From assembly GCA_002269645.1 (NCBI GenBank), contig NIVC01005187.1, forward strand, positions 1 through 22,894: DNA of 22,894 bases. The letters are read 5' to 3'. Shown here piece by piece: positions 1-9,416 of this stretch; positions within the stretch are counted from its first letter, which is position 1; each line of letters starts with the position of its first letter. The translations under genes and the position numbers were made by a program. Below the pieces are notes generated by a model. That model ran no database searches and was not told the DNA's origin. It saw only the letters and a program-made list of their open reading frames with translations. The DNA is from Macrostomum lignano. Lineage: Eukaryota.

Positions 1-410
1 CTTATAAAGCGGATTGTGTAGCGGAGCACTTGGCGATAAAGGCAGGAAACTGCCGTGGTTGTTTATTGTCGAGATCAATATTAAAACTCGGTACTAATGT
101 CAATGCAAGCTTATAGCGTTCTGGGCACTGGCGGCTGCAACAATGGTTTGAAAGCAATAGAATATGAAGTCAGTGGCAGACGAAGGATTCGATGGCGACG
201 CAGTGTGATGAGCAATGGCGATGAGCACGGTGAAGGCAGTGAGTAGCAGTAGGTAGGCAGATGAGTAGTGGCGAGATTGGCGTTAGCCGTGGCAGCACAC
301 AGTGAAGTAGTGTGTAAACAGGCTGGCCCAGACAGAGGGGCCGTGCGAGAGATAAGGAGGCTCGAGGCAGCCAGACAAGAGAAGGAAAACAAGACGCGCA
401 AAGGAGAGAC

Positions 411-453
411 AAGCCTAAAAGCCTAGAAGCCTAGAAGCCTAGAAGCCTAGAAG
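411..453. repeat. 8-bp tandem repeat (AAGCCTAG)x~5
   Basis: aagcctaa aagcctag aagcctag aagcctag aagcctag aag read directly. Confidence 0.9.
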
Positions 454-1019
454 TGAGGAGGCCCTCAGACCGCCAGGCAGGGTTGATAAAGGAACGCAGA
501 GGGGGGTAGCGCGAAGCACGAGCGGTTTTCATTGGCTGGCTAAAGAACTTAAAATTATCGATCGTGCCAGTTTTTCTACGGTCGCATGAAAGGATAGCAA
601 ACGCGCAGTGAATTAGCAATAGGCACAGATTCGTTGGGCACTACTACAAGTAAACGTTAAAATAAACGATTGGAGAAATTGTAGAGGAGCTACAGTCGCA
701 ACGGCCCCTCTCGGGACCACTTTAACTGGCAACGTCACAACATACAATATGTAGAATCCTATTATTACTGTTATTATTAGTTGGTCGTTGCGCATCGATT
801 TATGCCTTTGTAGCGAAATTAGCTTGCCCGATGAAACGGTAAACAGGCCAAGAAGCGTCCCAGAGTCACTTGCGTAGCCACATAAAGGATCGTTACTGGT
901 AAAATTGGTAAAATAGGAAAGAAGTGACTCTAGACGACTCTGGAACGACGAGAGGTCACGGTAAAAGTCGCCCAAAAATCGTTGAAACTTGAGGTGTTTT
1001 TATTGTCTTCGGCTCTGAA

Positions 1020-1736
1020 AGCGTGTTGGCCTGGTGGTCAACACGCAGAAGACCGTCGTGCTATGCGTGCCGGACGACACCGAGGCTACAATCTTCTGCC
1101 GAGGCGCTGACGGACAGGCGAGTGAGCTTCCAAGATGTCAGCAAGTTCGTCTACCTCGGCGGTCTGGTTCCGACGTCCGCGAGATCTGCGGCGTCGCCGT
1201 GGACTTGCTTGGGCTGCGTTTCGTTCTATAAGGTCAGTCCTGCAGTCCGAGGCCCTACCGGACCGCCAGAGGGCGGCGCTGTTCCAGGCGGTGATCGAGA
1301 CCGTCCTGTTATACAACGCCGAGACCTGGACGCTGACAGACTCGCTCGAGGCTCAAGTCGACGCGGCGCACGCTGGCCTGCTGCGCGCCGCCTTCAAGAT
1401 CGGCAACGAGCGAGTCACCAACACGGCGCTCTATCATCGCGCCGGCCTGGCCCGTCCTAGCGATCTGCTGCGCCGTCGGCAACTCCAGCTAGCAGGCCAC
1501 GTCATCCGCGCCGAGGCCTACTGTCCGGAGCCGGTGCAGGAGGTGCTGCTACTTACGTTGCAGGCACCCTACCGGCGGGGACAGGCGAGGACTCGGCGCT
1601 ACGTCGACTGTCTGCTGGCTGACGCCGGCGCCCCGAACTCTGCCGGCGGTGCGGCTTTTGTTCGCGCCCAAGCTTTGAAGCGCGCGCATCTGACGCTGCT
1701 TTTGTGAACTGGCAGCGTACTCTGTTGTTGTTGTTG
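1020..1736 (+). mobile_element. 5'-truncated RTE-clade non-LTR retrotransposon with (GTT)n tail and target-site duplication
   Basis: Encodes late RT motifs and thumb region. Ends in ctgttgttgttgttg (1722-1736). Flanked by (G)CTCTGAA at 1012-1019 and 1736-1743. Confidence 0.85.
1022..1707 (+). pseudogene. C-terminal reverse transcriptase/thumb fragment of an RTE-like LINE, frameshifted
   Basis: Joining three frames gives RVGLVVNTQKT...KFVYLGG...DLRRRRGLAWAAF...LFQAVIETVLLYNAETWTLT...LQLAGHVIR...RRGQARTRRYVD. GLxVNxxKT, FxYLG, LLYxxETW and GHVxR are typical of RTE-clade RTs. Confidence 0.85.
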
Positions 1737-2469
1737 CTCTGAAGCTAATCTGAGCAAACGCAAGTGACTCTGAGGCGCTTCTTCTAGATTGGCTCTGGGG
1801 CCGCAGAGTCGTATCTGAGGCGTGCTATCGAGTCGCTTTAGAATTACTGAGTTGCGTCTAAATTACATCCGCGTTACTTTATAAATGAATTAGAATCGTT
1901 TTATTTAGAGTAGCACAACTCTATTCAGTCTACTTGAGTTAGTGGATAGTTAAGCACAAGCACAACGACTCTTGGATGACTTTCTTTCGACTCTTTTACA
2001 GTTTTATACAACTCCCATGATGCGCTCGTGACTCAAAAGTTACCCAAAAGTCGTTAGTCACTGTACGGTAACGGTACAATAACGTTTTTAACGGGTTGAT
2101 ATTTTGCCAAATCATGCTCACTAGCTAAGACTCACGTAGAGAAGCTCTGAACGCCCTTTGACGACCGAAACCATAACCTTAGCTATAGGATTTTCGCAGC
2201 TCGAGTATACTTTAACTTCGACTGCAGATACATGCAGACACGACCAAGTCTTTGCCTGGCTGTTTGCCCTGTGTGGCTCGAATCAATATCAAAGTTTTTT
2301 CTTATCTCAGCCTATATTTGTATTTTTACTTGTGCTTCGAGCGCGGCACAGCCGATCTACTAGCTAGTAACAACGACAAGGGTTCAAACTTCGAAGTTTT
2401 TCGTTAAAAAACGAGCTAAAGCAGTGTACACGACAGACCAGAAAACTCTGCAATTCGAGAACTGACAAG

Positions 2470-3603
2470 ATGGACTTCAAACCTATTTTGCAGCGACTGT
2501 TCAACTTGGCACAGAATGAAACACACAGCAGTATTGAAGAAGTTGGCGAAGAGATGACTGGTGAAACGGGGTTCCTCAGCTTCAGGCGCAAGCTCAGGAT
2601 CAAAAAAGGATACTCAACAATCAACATCTTTCTCAAGTTCAGCGACACCAGCCGGCAGGAGCTCGGAGAGTTGAAAGAATTCAGCGATCATTTTTGTCCG
2701 CGAGAGTGCCTGTTCTACGGCACCTTCGCACCCTTGCTGGAGCGGACTGCCTCTCAGCTGGGCTTGGGAAGCGTCGGCCTGCCCACCGTCCACCTGGAGA
2801 TGGTGCTGCCCACAGGAACTCTCATTGTGATGGAGGATCTCGGCGAGGCTGGCTTCGAGCTGGCTCCAGCCACAATGAACGTTGCTGAAGCTCGCTGCGT
2901 GTTGAGCAGTCTGGCTCGAGTCCAGGCGGCGTTCTGGCTGACGAAAGCTCGACTGGGCAGTCCGGCTTCGGGTCTGTTCGGTCCGGAGTCGCCTTTTAGC
3001 GACCCTTTGAAATCCCTTACTGGCACTGCTGTCAACTTTGACGCCTTCCTCGAACAGGGCTTTGAAGAGTTCCGTCACAAGTTTGACAATTATCTAAAAT
3101 GCGAGAAGCGAGCAGCCATTGTCAATGCCTACTTAGAGGATGGATTTCTCGAGAAAACTCGAAAGGTCTTGAAAGTAAATCAGGAGAAGAGCGAAGTCGT
3201 AGGCGTGATTCACTGTGACTTGTGGTACAATAACTGCATGATCAGCAGGGACTCCCGAGGTCAGCCAATTGAGTGTCGTCTCATCGACTGGCAGTTCTTC
3301 GGCATCGGCTGGCTGACCTACGACCTGGGCCCGCTCTGGATATCCAGCATTGACAATGCCATCGTCACGCAAGAGTTCCTGCCTTGCGTGGACTTTTATC
3401 ATCACGCTGTCCAGTCCGCGTACGAGAGCGCGATAGGGGAGAAGTTCCCAGTCTCCCAGGAGCAGATGAGGCAACAGGCTGTGCAGTCGTTGGTCTACGG
3501 CATCGGTTGGGTCATACTGTCTGCGGATACGCTGTGGGCGTTCCAGTCGGTTAGCAACGTGCTTGCCAACATAGCCGACGTGATCGAACACTTCAAGCTC
3601 TGA
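2470..3603 (+). CDS. Ecdysteroid-kinase-like (EcKL/CHK, choline/aminoglycoside kinase fold) protein, 377 aa, intronless
   Basis: Motifs E-x-x-FY (RECLFY), IVMEDL, catalytic loop HCDLWYNNCM and metal-binding LIDWQ. Length is typical for the family. Confidence 0.85.
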   Translation: MDFKPILQRLFNLAQNETHSSIEEVGEEMTGETGFLSFRRKLRIKKGYSTINIFLKFSDTSRQELGELKEFSDHFCPRECLFYGTFAPLLERTASQLGLGSVGLPTVHLEMVLPTGTLIVMEDLGEAGFELAPATMNVAEARCVLSSLARVQAAFWLTKARLGSPASGLFGPESPFSDPLKSLTGTAVNFDAFLEQGFEEFRHKFDNYLKCEKRAAIVNAYLEDGFLEKTRKVLKVNQEKSEVVGVIHCDLWYNNCMISRDSRGQPIECRLIDWQFFGIGWLTYDLGPLWISSIDNAIVTQEFLPCVDFYHHAVQSAYESAIGEKFPVSQEQMRQQAVQSLVYGIGWVILSADTLWAFQSVSNVLANIADVIEHFKL

Positions 3604-4198
3604 TGTCTGCGTCATGTTAACCGGCTTCGATAAGTTAAAACTTTATTAAAATCTAAAATTAGATCTTTATTTTCTATGTTAGCTTAAGTTACAGTTAGAA
3701 GTTGTAATTGAATCACAAGCGATTCGAAATGAGCATGCGACAAAGTTTCCTATGACATTTTTCCATACGAGCGTACTTTTGACTAAAAGAGCGCCAATTT
3801 TATTTATTCATTTACGCGTTTTAGGCTATCTATGAATAAAACAAATAAAAGAAAAGAAAAAACAAAGCCTCATGTTTTGATTTAATGAGCTTTTTCCAGT
3901 GGTAATTAAAACATTTTCTAAGTTGCTTCCAAATGTTTTATTGATTTTCACGACCAGATAATTTTGATTTTGTCAGTTAAGTTGATCATGGCTTTACTTT
4001 TTATGGGGCCAGGGGTTGTAGCTTATAGATGGTTAGAGCGTCGTGGGTAGAAGTAAATAACTAGAAGAGACGGGACTATGATATTGCTCATGTAATTCTA
4101 TTTTCTAGTTTTTCGTTTCTGCTGCTAAAAGAAGCAATAGGAGCTTCCTGCTCAAGCGCAGGGATGCTGACTAACGACTGAGCACAGTCGATCGCGAT

Positions 4199-5350
4199 CT
4201 ACAGACCGAAATGCTCAATCAAATCAGCGACATTGTTGAGTACATTGTCAATCCGACGAAGCACTGGAATCATCTCGGCGAACGTGACCAGCCAGGTGAT
4301 GCCCCAGTTGAGCGACTGGACAGCCTGCTGCCTTATCGTCTCCTTGGAGACCGGGAACTCTTGCTGCAGCCCCGTCTTGTACAGAGATCGAATGGTCTCG
4401 TCGTACAACTCCACACACGGCAGGTATTGCTCCACGGCGATGGCGTTGTCAATGCTGGATATCCAGAACGGCCCCAGGTCGAAGGTCAGCCGACCAATTC
4501 CGAACACCTGCCAGTCGATCAGGCGGCACTCGACAGGCTGTCCGCTGGCGTCTCTGCTGAGCATGCAGTTGTTGTACCACAGGTCCGAGTGCGTTATGCC
4601 CACTACTTCACGCTCCTCTTGGCCCGACTTGATCACCTGCTGAGCCTTCTTAAGATAGTCCCTATCCAGGTAGCCGTTGATGATGGCTATTCGCTTGTCG
4701 CACGTCATGTACTTTGCGAATTCGCGGCGGAACAACTCGAAACCGGCCGGTAGGAGCTCGTCCATGCTCTTCTTGGTTGCGGACAGGGCAAAGAAACCGT
4801 CGGACAGAGGCGACTGCGGTCCGAACAGACCCGAAGCCGGACTGCCCAGTCGAGCTTTCGTCAGCCAGAACGCCGCCTGAACTCGAGCCAGACTGCTAAG
4901 CACGCAGCGAGCTTCAGCAACGTTCATTGTGGCTGGAGCCAGCTCGAAGCCAGCCTCGCCGAGATCCTCCATCACAATGAGAGTTCCTGTAGGCAGCACC
5001 ATCTCCAGGTGGACTGTGGGCAGGCCGATGCTTCCCAAGCCCAGCTGAGAGGCAGTCCGCTCCAGCAAGGGTGCGAAGGTGCCGTAGAACAAGCACTCTC
5101 TCGGACAGAAGCAGTCCATCAATTCCTTCAGCTCGCCCGAGTCCTGTCGGGTTGTGTCGCTGAACTTGAGAAACACATTGATGGTTGAGTCGCCCTTCTT
5201 AACCTTGAGCCGGCGCCGGTAGCTGAGGAACCCAGTTTCTCCCGTCATCTCCTCGCCCGCCGACGCGATGCACCGGTCGGCCTCGTCCTCAGTCAGGCTG
5301 AACAGTCGAGACAAAATCGCCCTAAAGTCCATTTGTCCGTTTGTTTCCAT
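4199..5350 (-). CDS. Ecdysteroid-kinase-like (EcKL/CHK) paralog, ~383 aa, intronless
   Basis: HSDLWYNNCM and LIDWQ motifs; colinear with the 2470..3603 protein. The track start at 5368 is GTG; the first ATG is 5350, and the ATG aligned to the paralog (MDF) is 5332. Confidence 0.85.
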   Translation of the reverse strand: METNGQMDFRAILSRLFSLTEDEADRCIASAGEEMTGETGFLSYRRRLKVKKGDSTINVFLKFSDTTRQDSGELKELMDCFCPRECLFYGTFAPLLERTASQLGLGSIGLPTVHLEMVLPTGTLIVMEDLGEAGFELAPATMNVAEARCVLSSLARVQAAFWLTKARLGSPASGLFGPQSPLSDGFFALSATKKSMDELLPAGFELFRREFAKYMTCDKRIAIINGYLDRDYLKKAQQVIKSGQEEREVVGITHSDLWYNNCMLSRDASGQPVECRLIDWQVFGIGRLTFDLGPFWISSIDNAIAVEQYLPCVELYDETIRSLYKTGLQQEFPVSKETIRQQAVQSLNWGITWLVTFAEMIPVLRRIDNVLNNVADLIEHFGL

Positions 5351-6471
5351 TTTTTCCTTTCCTTTCACGCAGTTTTATTCACGGTAGAACTGCCTATATA
5401 GACAGCAGGGTTTTGCGAAGTGTTTGTACACTGAGTGTTTTTCTCTCCCAGGGTAGAGCGACCGAGTGCAGAGTTTACCCAGAAACTGTCTGTCACACCC
5501 CAGCTAAAAGTTTGGCCGTCATTTTGATAGCAAAGGGTAGAGAATAAATTGGGGTTGAGCGGCAGGAGAGTACATTCATTATTGAGAGTGCACTCGGATA
5601 AGATCTCTAACCCCCATACCAATGAACTGCGAGCTGCATGTACGAGTAAGATGTTTGTTGTTAAACGAGGGTCCTAGTGGGCTGGCCAAACCACTGAGAA
5701 TAGTGGGGTGGGTCCTTAGAGTTTATGTGCTACTAACAGTAGCGCTATATGGACTTTCGTTCAATTCCTACAAAGACGGTCTAGTTTTTTATAATTTAAC
5801 CATTATCTATCTCGTACTAGCTATCTCAACTACATTCAGCTATCTCAACTACATTTAGCTCCCTTAGTGGCTCCTCCCTTGAGGTGCAAATGTACCTCCA
5901 TGGCCCGCTCCCACCATGACCCTTCCATCGGTTTTCGATTTCGCTATGACCTTCAATCTATTAAAATCTTTATTTCGCAAATTTTTAGTCAGCCCAAGTA
6001 CACAGCAGCCTTCAGTCCAGGACTACCAAGTGCTGCTGTGTGGTTAAAAAATTGCGTGAACCGAAAAAGTTAAAAGTGAGTGCATTGCAACACGAACACT
6101 CCAGCCTCTCAGCTACATCAGCTTTAGTGCTGCTGCTATATAGCGTTTTAGTGTTTCGCTTCTTTTCCTCGAAAGAAGGACGAGAAAATGTTGAACGAAG
6201 CGTTGCACTTCAGGGTTCGTCAGCTGTTGCTGCAATTAAGTTTTTAATATTCGGGGATTTCTCGAGCGTTCGAAACATTTTCCCCGGAGATGTCCGCAGG
6301 GGGAAGTTCGAAATGAATAAGCCGAGGAAAAGTTCAAGTGCTGGGGCAGAGGTCAGTTCTAACGAGGGGAAATGCTCACGACTCGACTTTGAATAATCGC
6401 GTCCTTATTGTAACAAAATCTGTTCTATTATTTGAGTTTACGAATGTTAAATATTTCTATATTAATTTCCC

Positions 6472-7950
6472 AAGATTTGCATAGAATTCTCTTGATCTGC
6501 ATAGATTCTCTAGATCTGCAAAGGTTTCTATAGATCTGCATAAAAGTCTCTAGATCTGAATAGATTTCCCTAGATCTGCATGGGTTTCTATAGATCTGCA
6601 TAGGTTTCTCTAGATCTGCATAGATTCTCTAGATCTGCGTAGGTTTCTCTAGATCTGCATAGATTCTCTAGATCTGCATAGATTCTCAAGATCTGCATAG
6701 ATTCTCTAGATCTGCATAGATTTCTCTAGATCTGCATAGATTCTCTAGATCTGTGTAGGTTTTTCTATGCATAGATTCTCTAGATCTGTGTAGGTTTCTA
6801 TGCATAGATTCTCTAGATCTGCATAGATTCTCAAGATCTGCATAGATTTCTCTAGATCTGCATAGATTTCTCTAGATCTGCAAAGGTTTCTATAGATCTG
6901 CAAAGGTTTCTATAGATCTGCATAGAAGTCTCTAGATCTGAATAGATTTCCCTAAATCTGCATGGGTTTCTATAGATCTACATAGGTTTCTCTAGATCTG
7001 CATAGATTTCTCTAGATCTGCATAGATTCTCTAGATCTGTGTAGGTTTCTCTAGATCTGCATAGGTTTCTCTAGATCTGCATAGATTTCTCTAGATCTGC
7101 ATAGATTCTCTAGATCTGCATAGATTTCTTTAGATCTGCAAAGGTTTCTATAGATCTGCATAGAAGTCTCTAGATCTGAATAGATTTCCCTAAATCTGCA
7201 TGGCTTTCTATAGATCTACATAGGTTTCTCTAGATCTGCATAGATTTCTCTAGATCTGCATAGATTCTCTAGATCTGTGTAGGTTTCTCTAGATCTGCAT
7301 AGGTTTCTCTAGATCTGCATAGATTTCTCTAGATCTGCATAGATTCTCTAGATCTGCATAGATTTCTTTAGATCTGCAAAGGTTTCTATAGATCTGCATA
7401 GAAGTCTCTAGATCTGAATAGATTTCCCTAGATCTGCATGGGTTTCTATAGATCTGCATAGGTTTCTCTAGATCTGCATAGATTCTCTAGATCTGCGTAG
7501 GTTTCTCTAGATCTGCATAGATTTCTCTAGATCTGCAAAGGTTTCTATAGATCTGCATAGGTTTCTCTAGATCTGCATAGATTTCCCTAGATCTGCATGG
7601 GTTTCTATAGATCTGCATAGGTTTCTCTAGATCTGCATAGATTCTCTAGATCTGCGTAGGTTTCTCTAGATCTGCATAGATTTCTCTAGATCTGCAAATG
7701 TTTCTATAGATCTGCATAGGTTTCTCTAGATCTGCATAGATTTCTCTAGATCTGCAAAGGTTTCTATAGATCTGCATAGGTTTCTCTAGATCTGCATAGA
7801 TTTCTCTAGATCTGCAAAGGTTTCTATAGATCTGCATAGAAGTCTCTAGATCTGAATAGATTTCCCTAGATCTGCATAGATTTCTATAGATCTGCATAGG
7901 TTTCTCTAGATCTCCACAGATTTCTAGCTGCATTGATCTGTTATGGATTT
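6472..7950. repeat. 20-bp (19-20) minisatellite, ~73 units, TAGATCTGCA plus a variable decamer such as TAGATTTCTC, with a 238-bp higher-order repeat
   Basis: Direct reading. The same ordered run of variant units starts at 6893, 7131 and 7369, i.e. every 238 bp. Confidence 0.95.
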
Positions 7951-8603
7951 CTCAGTCATCGGCTGTCTTGCAGCTAAAACATATTCTTATACCAATGGAA
8001 TCTGTCTAGTGTGTGACATATGGCGTTTTTTATCCCTTAAGTGACTCTAGTCTAGATGTGTATCGAGACTGTGGGGGGTCTGAGTGATCCCCTAGCCATA
8101 TAAAACACTCTCCCAAGAAACCGATAAACTGACTGCCATGCAATGAGATAAAAAGCTCTCTGACTGCACTGAGCTGCCAGCGAACTGGCAACGGACCATG
8201 GCGATACACGCGGATTTCCACACTTTACACAGCAACTTAAAGACAAGGAGTTGCCCTGCTGCGATGCAATATATAGCCCATGGTTTACACGCCGGCTCTG
8301 CGGCTGCGGACTGAGGCTGAAGACAGAACGGCCAACCGCTTTATGATGGAGAAAGTGCTGGAAGCTGCCCACTCCCCCCCCCAAGTTTCTGGCCCGTGTA
8401 GCCGACCGAAAATCAATTGAGGCCGGGATCGATTTAATGCGGGGCGACGAGGCGCGGGACGGATAGGGGAGACCGCGGCTGCTGCTGGCGAGGGCTGGGA
8501 GAACCCGGCCAGAATCCATAATTTCAATCACTGGGCTCTGTTTTTGCTGCGACGCTCAGGCCTTTTAAAGTGGCATTTTTAGCGCTTTGAACCTGCGATC
8601 GGC

Positions 8604-8649
<46 letters not shown>
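8604..8649. repeat. (ATCT)n / GATA microsatellite, ~11.5 units
   Basis: atctatctatct... read directly; abuts the putative viral terminus. Confidence 0.95.
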
Positions 8650-8905
8650 AGTAGAAGGCATGAGGGGGCTTCTGGGACAAAATTTTTCACTTCCTCCATA
8701 ATCCACCTAAATCCATCCATATAATCCCTGACAGAATCAGAAAAAAAGGGGGGTCGCACCCGCTCACAAAACCTCCTCCATAATCCACCTAAATCCATCC
8801 ATATTATCCCTGACAGAATCTTGAAAAAGGGGAGGGGTCGCACTTGCTCCGAAAACTTCGAACATAATCCTATTAAATCCATCCATATTATCCCTGACAG
8901 AATCA
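8650..8905. repeat. Putative left terminus / TIR region with three ~82-84-bp subterminal direct repeats
   Basis: AGTAG start matches the known 5'-AG Polinton terminus. The core CATAATCC..TAAATCCATCCATAT(A/T)ATCCCTGACAGAATC recurs at 8697, 8779 and 8863. No partner TIR is in the window, so TIR status is unproven. Confidence 0.6.
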
Positions 8906-9118
8906 GAGCATAACCGGTGTCCTAATGTTATGCTCTGAGGGTTTATGCTCTAAGCATAAAAGCTCCAAATCCACCCATAGCATGTTCGAAACAATCAGAA
9001 AATAATCTGCATTCTTCTCCCCACATTCAATCCGAAGCGGCGAAACCAGATCCCCAAGACTTTAAATCATCAGCGCAGGGTCCTCACCCTTTGAAAAAAA
9101 TTAAATTCTCAATAAAAA

Positions 9119-9409
9119 ATGTTTCCAGTTGTCTCTCCAGGTTCTTATTATACTCAGCCCCATCCATTGTACAAATCCAAGTACCGATGCAAACTAGAAT
9201 GCAGCGAGTACATGAGAAAATATTGGCCTGACGTTGATATCAATGGCCCTAATATTAATCAAGCACTTAAATCTCACTGGTTTGAAAAACACGGAGTAGT
9301 CATTAACGATTATGACAGCTACTATAACTTTGCTGAAGTTATAAGGCAATTGAAGTGGCCAACTATAAGGTTGTACCTGGTGGCTTATATCGTAATTTTA
9401 CAAGTCTGA
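9119..9409 (+). CDS. Hypothetical viral protein, 96 aa
   Basis: Same TAAAAAATG start context as the other viral genes; ends 7 bp from the convergent penton stop. No recognisable motif. Confidence 0.5.
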   Translation: MFPVVSPGSYYTQPHPLYKSKYRCKLECSEYMRKYWPDVDINGPNINQALKSHWFEKHGVVINDYDSYYNFAEVIRQLKWPTIRLYLVAYIVILQV

Positions 9410-9416
9410 AGACGAC

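Noticed and set aside
411-453. Interstitial telomere (TTAGGC-like)
   Set aside because: The unit is 8 bp (CTAGGCTT); TTAGGC occurs only once.
111-975. Short ORFs at the window start
   Set aside because: No motifs, several non-ATG starts, low-complexity composition.
639-1944. CACTA transposon TIRs (cactactacaagta at 639; reverse complement cactaactcaagta ending 1944)
   Set aside because: Only 11 of 14 positions match and there is no matching TSD; could be chance.
2614-5096. Overlapping and antisense ORFs within the two EcKL genes (e.g. 2614..3078, 3133..3615, 4211..4753)
   Set aside because: Shadow frames of GC-rich coding sequence with no motifs.
2470-5350. EcKL genes as viral cargo, analogous to baculovirus egt
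   Set aside because: They lie more than 3 kb outside the putative left terminus and are much more GC-rich than the viral genes.
7646-7933. 95-aa ORF with MQIYRNLCRSREIYADLEKP repeats
   Set aside because: It is a translation of the 20-bp satellite (3 units = 20 codons); no independent sign of coding.
6472-7950. CRISPR-like array (constant plus variable segments)
   Set aside because: The variable parts are 9-10-bp mutational variants of one sequence, not unique spacers; no cas genes; eukaryotic context.
5341-8882. Short ORFs at 5341-6396 and 8030-8882
   Set aside because: No recognisable domains; 8646..8882 is a translation of the subterminal repeats.
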